A stretch of 64,000 nucleotides of DNA from Azolla caroliniana (lineage: Eukaryota > Plantae > Polypodiophyta). The notes under the pieces were generated by a model. That model saw only the letters and a list, made by a program, of their open reading frames with translations. It searched no databases and was not told where the DNA came from. Positions 63,284-64,000 of the stretch are shown here, in pieces. How positions within the stretch are numbered: the stretch's first letter is position 1; each line of letters starts with the position of its first letter. The translations under genes and the position numbers were made by a program. The stretch spans positions 5,766,001-5,830,000 of the forward strand of contig JBHGNT010000003.1 in the NCBI GenBank assembly GCA_043228905.1, in the 5' to 3' direction.

Positions 63284-64000
63284 TGTCGCGAAAATACGAC
63301 GAGGATACGTGAACTTTGAGGCAAGACCCCGGGGCCTCCGACCAGAGGATAATCACATGTGTACGTTTATATTTTTAACAATTAACAAAAAGAAGAAATT
63401 TAATAATTTTCATTAACAAAGGAAAAAGAAATTACAATATGTCCCAAGATTGGGATTTAGAAGTTTTAGGTTTACTAAGATTAATAGAAAAGAAAAATTA
63501 GGGGTTTTGAGAGATATGGCTTCCGTAGGGAAGATTAGGATTAGGTTATATGAGTATTATGGCTTCCGTAGGGAAGATTAGGGTTTTTGAGTGTTATGGC
63601 TTCCGTAGGGAAGATTAGGGTTTTTGAGTGTTATGGCTTCCGTAGGGAAGATTAGGATTAGGTTCTATGAGTATTATGGCTTCTGTAGGGAAGATCAGGG
63701 TTTTTGAGTGTTATCGCTTCCCTAAGATAAGAGAGTTGAGAAGGACAAGAAGAATTAAGATAATATGGAGAGTCCTCGTGTAGAAAAAAAAATGGAATAA
63801 AAATGGAGTTCTCTCTTGATCATAGCCTTTTCACTTTTTGTTGCATGGCCTCTACTTTTAGTTGCCTAGCTTTTTCTTTTGGTTGCATGTGACTGTCCAC
63901 ATGACCTTTACTTTTTCCATGCACTCCCTTCTTTAGTTGCTTGCGTCCACATGGCCTTTACTTTAGTTCTCTTCACTTTACTTTAGTTTGTTGCATGATC
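63284..64000. mobile_element. Start of another LTR (TGTCGCG...) inserted after ACGT in Copia integrase; runs off window
   Basis: Copia VLFIDD coding is broken at 63283. TG terminus resembles the other 4-bp-TSD LTRs. About five tandem TATGGCTTCCGTAGGGAAGATTAGG units at 63516-63730. Confidence 0.65.

Larger units (their letters stand above)
43838..64000 (-). mobile_element. Ty1/Copia retrotransposon hosting nested insertions; 3' LTR 43838-44217, 5' part beyond window
   Basis: LTR TGTAAAGAATCAAG...CTTGATTCTTAACA with adjacent PPT. RNase H (YTDADWAG, RTKHIEVHYHF) and RT ([16 protein letters not shown]) at 44500-46400. Integrase pieces at 46460-46534, 47172-47373 and 62922-63283 rejoin as YLMNR|CTTSG and KGYKC|YNPST. 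Confidence 0.92.

Noticed and set aside
63516-63730. Regular ~25-bp repeats with short variable spacers (CRISPR-like look)
   Set aside because: Spacers are short and recur themselves, the context is a eukaryotic LTR, and there are no cas genes. It is an LTR minisatellite.

Overview
Eukaryotic land-plant nuclear DNA with GT-AG introns and a high TE content. The gene and TE types suggest a seedless plant such as a fern (inference). Host genes: a 5'-truncated cytochrome b561/DOMON gene, an 8-exon NNF1/PMF1-like kinetochore gene, an intronless LRR receptor-like kinase, a P2B Ca2+-ATPase pseudogene and RPSA. They lie among several hAT-type non-autonomous elements with 8-bp TSDs and retrotransposon debris. 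The last 20 kb is a nested TE stack. A Copia element contains a solo LTR, a further LTR at the window edge, and a 15.5-kb Ty3/Gypsy element (4-bp TSD, tRNA-Trp PBS, tRNA-like A/B-box module in its LTRs). The 5' LTR of that Gypsy carries a 7.6-kb TIR DNA transposon (54700-62341). This transposon encodes, head-to-head, a DDE-type transposase with a BAH-like tail and a six-exon gene fusing a ParB-like domain to a prokaryote-type beta-class N6-adenine/N4-cytosine DNA methyltransferase. It is the main candidate for a novel system.
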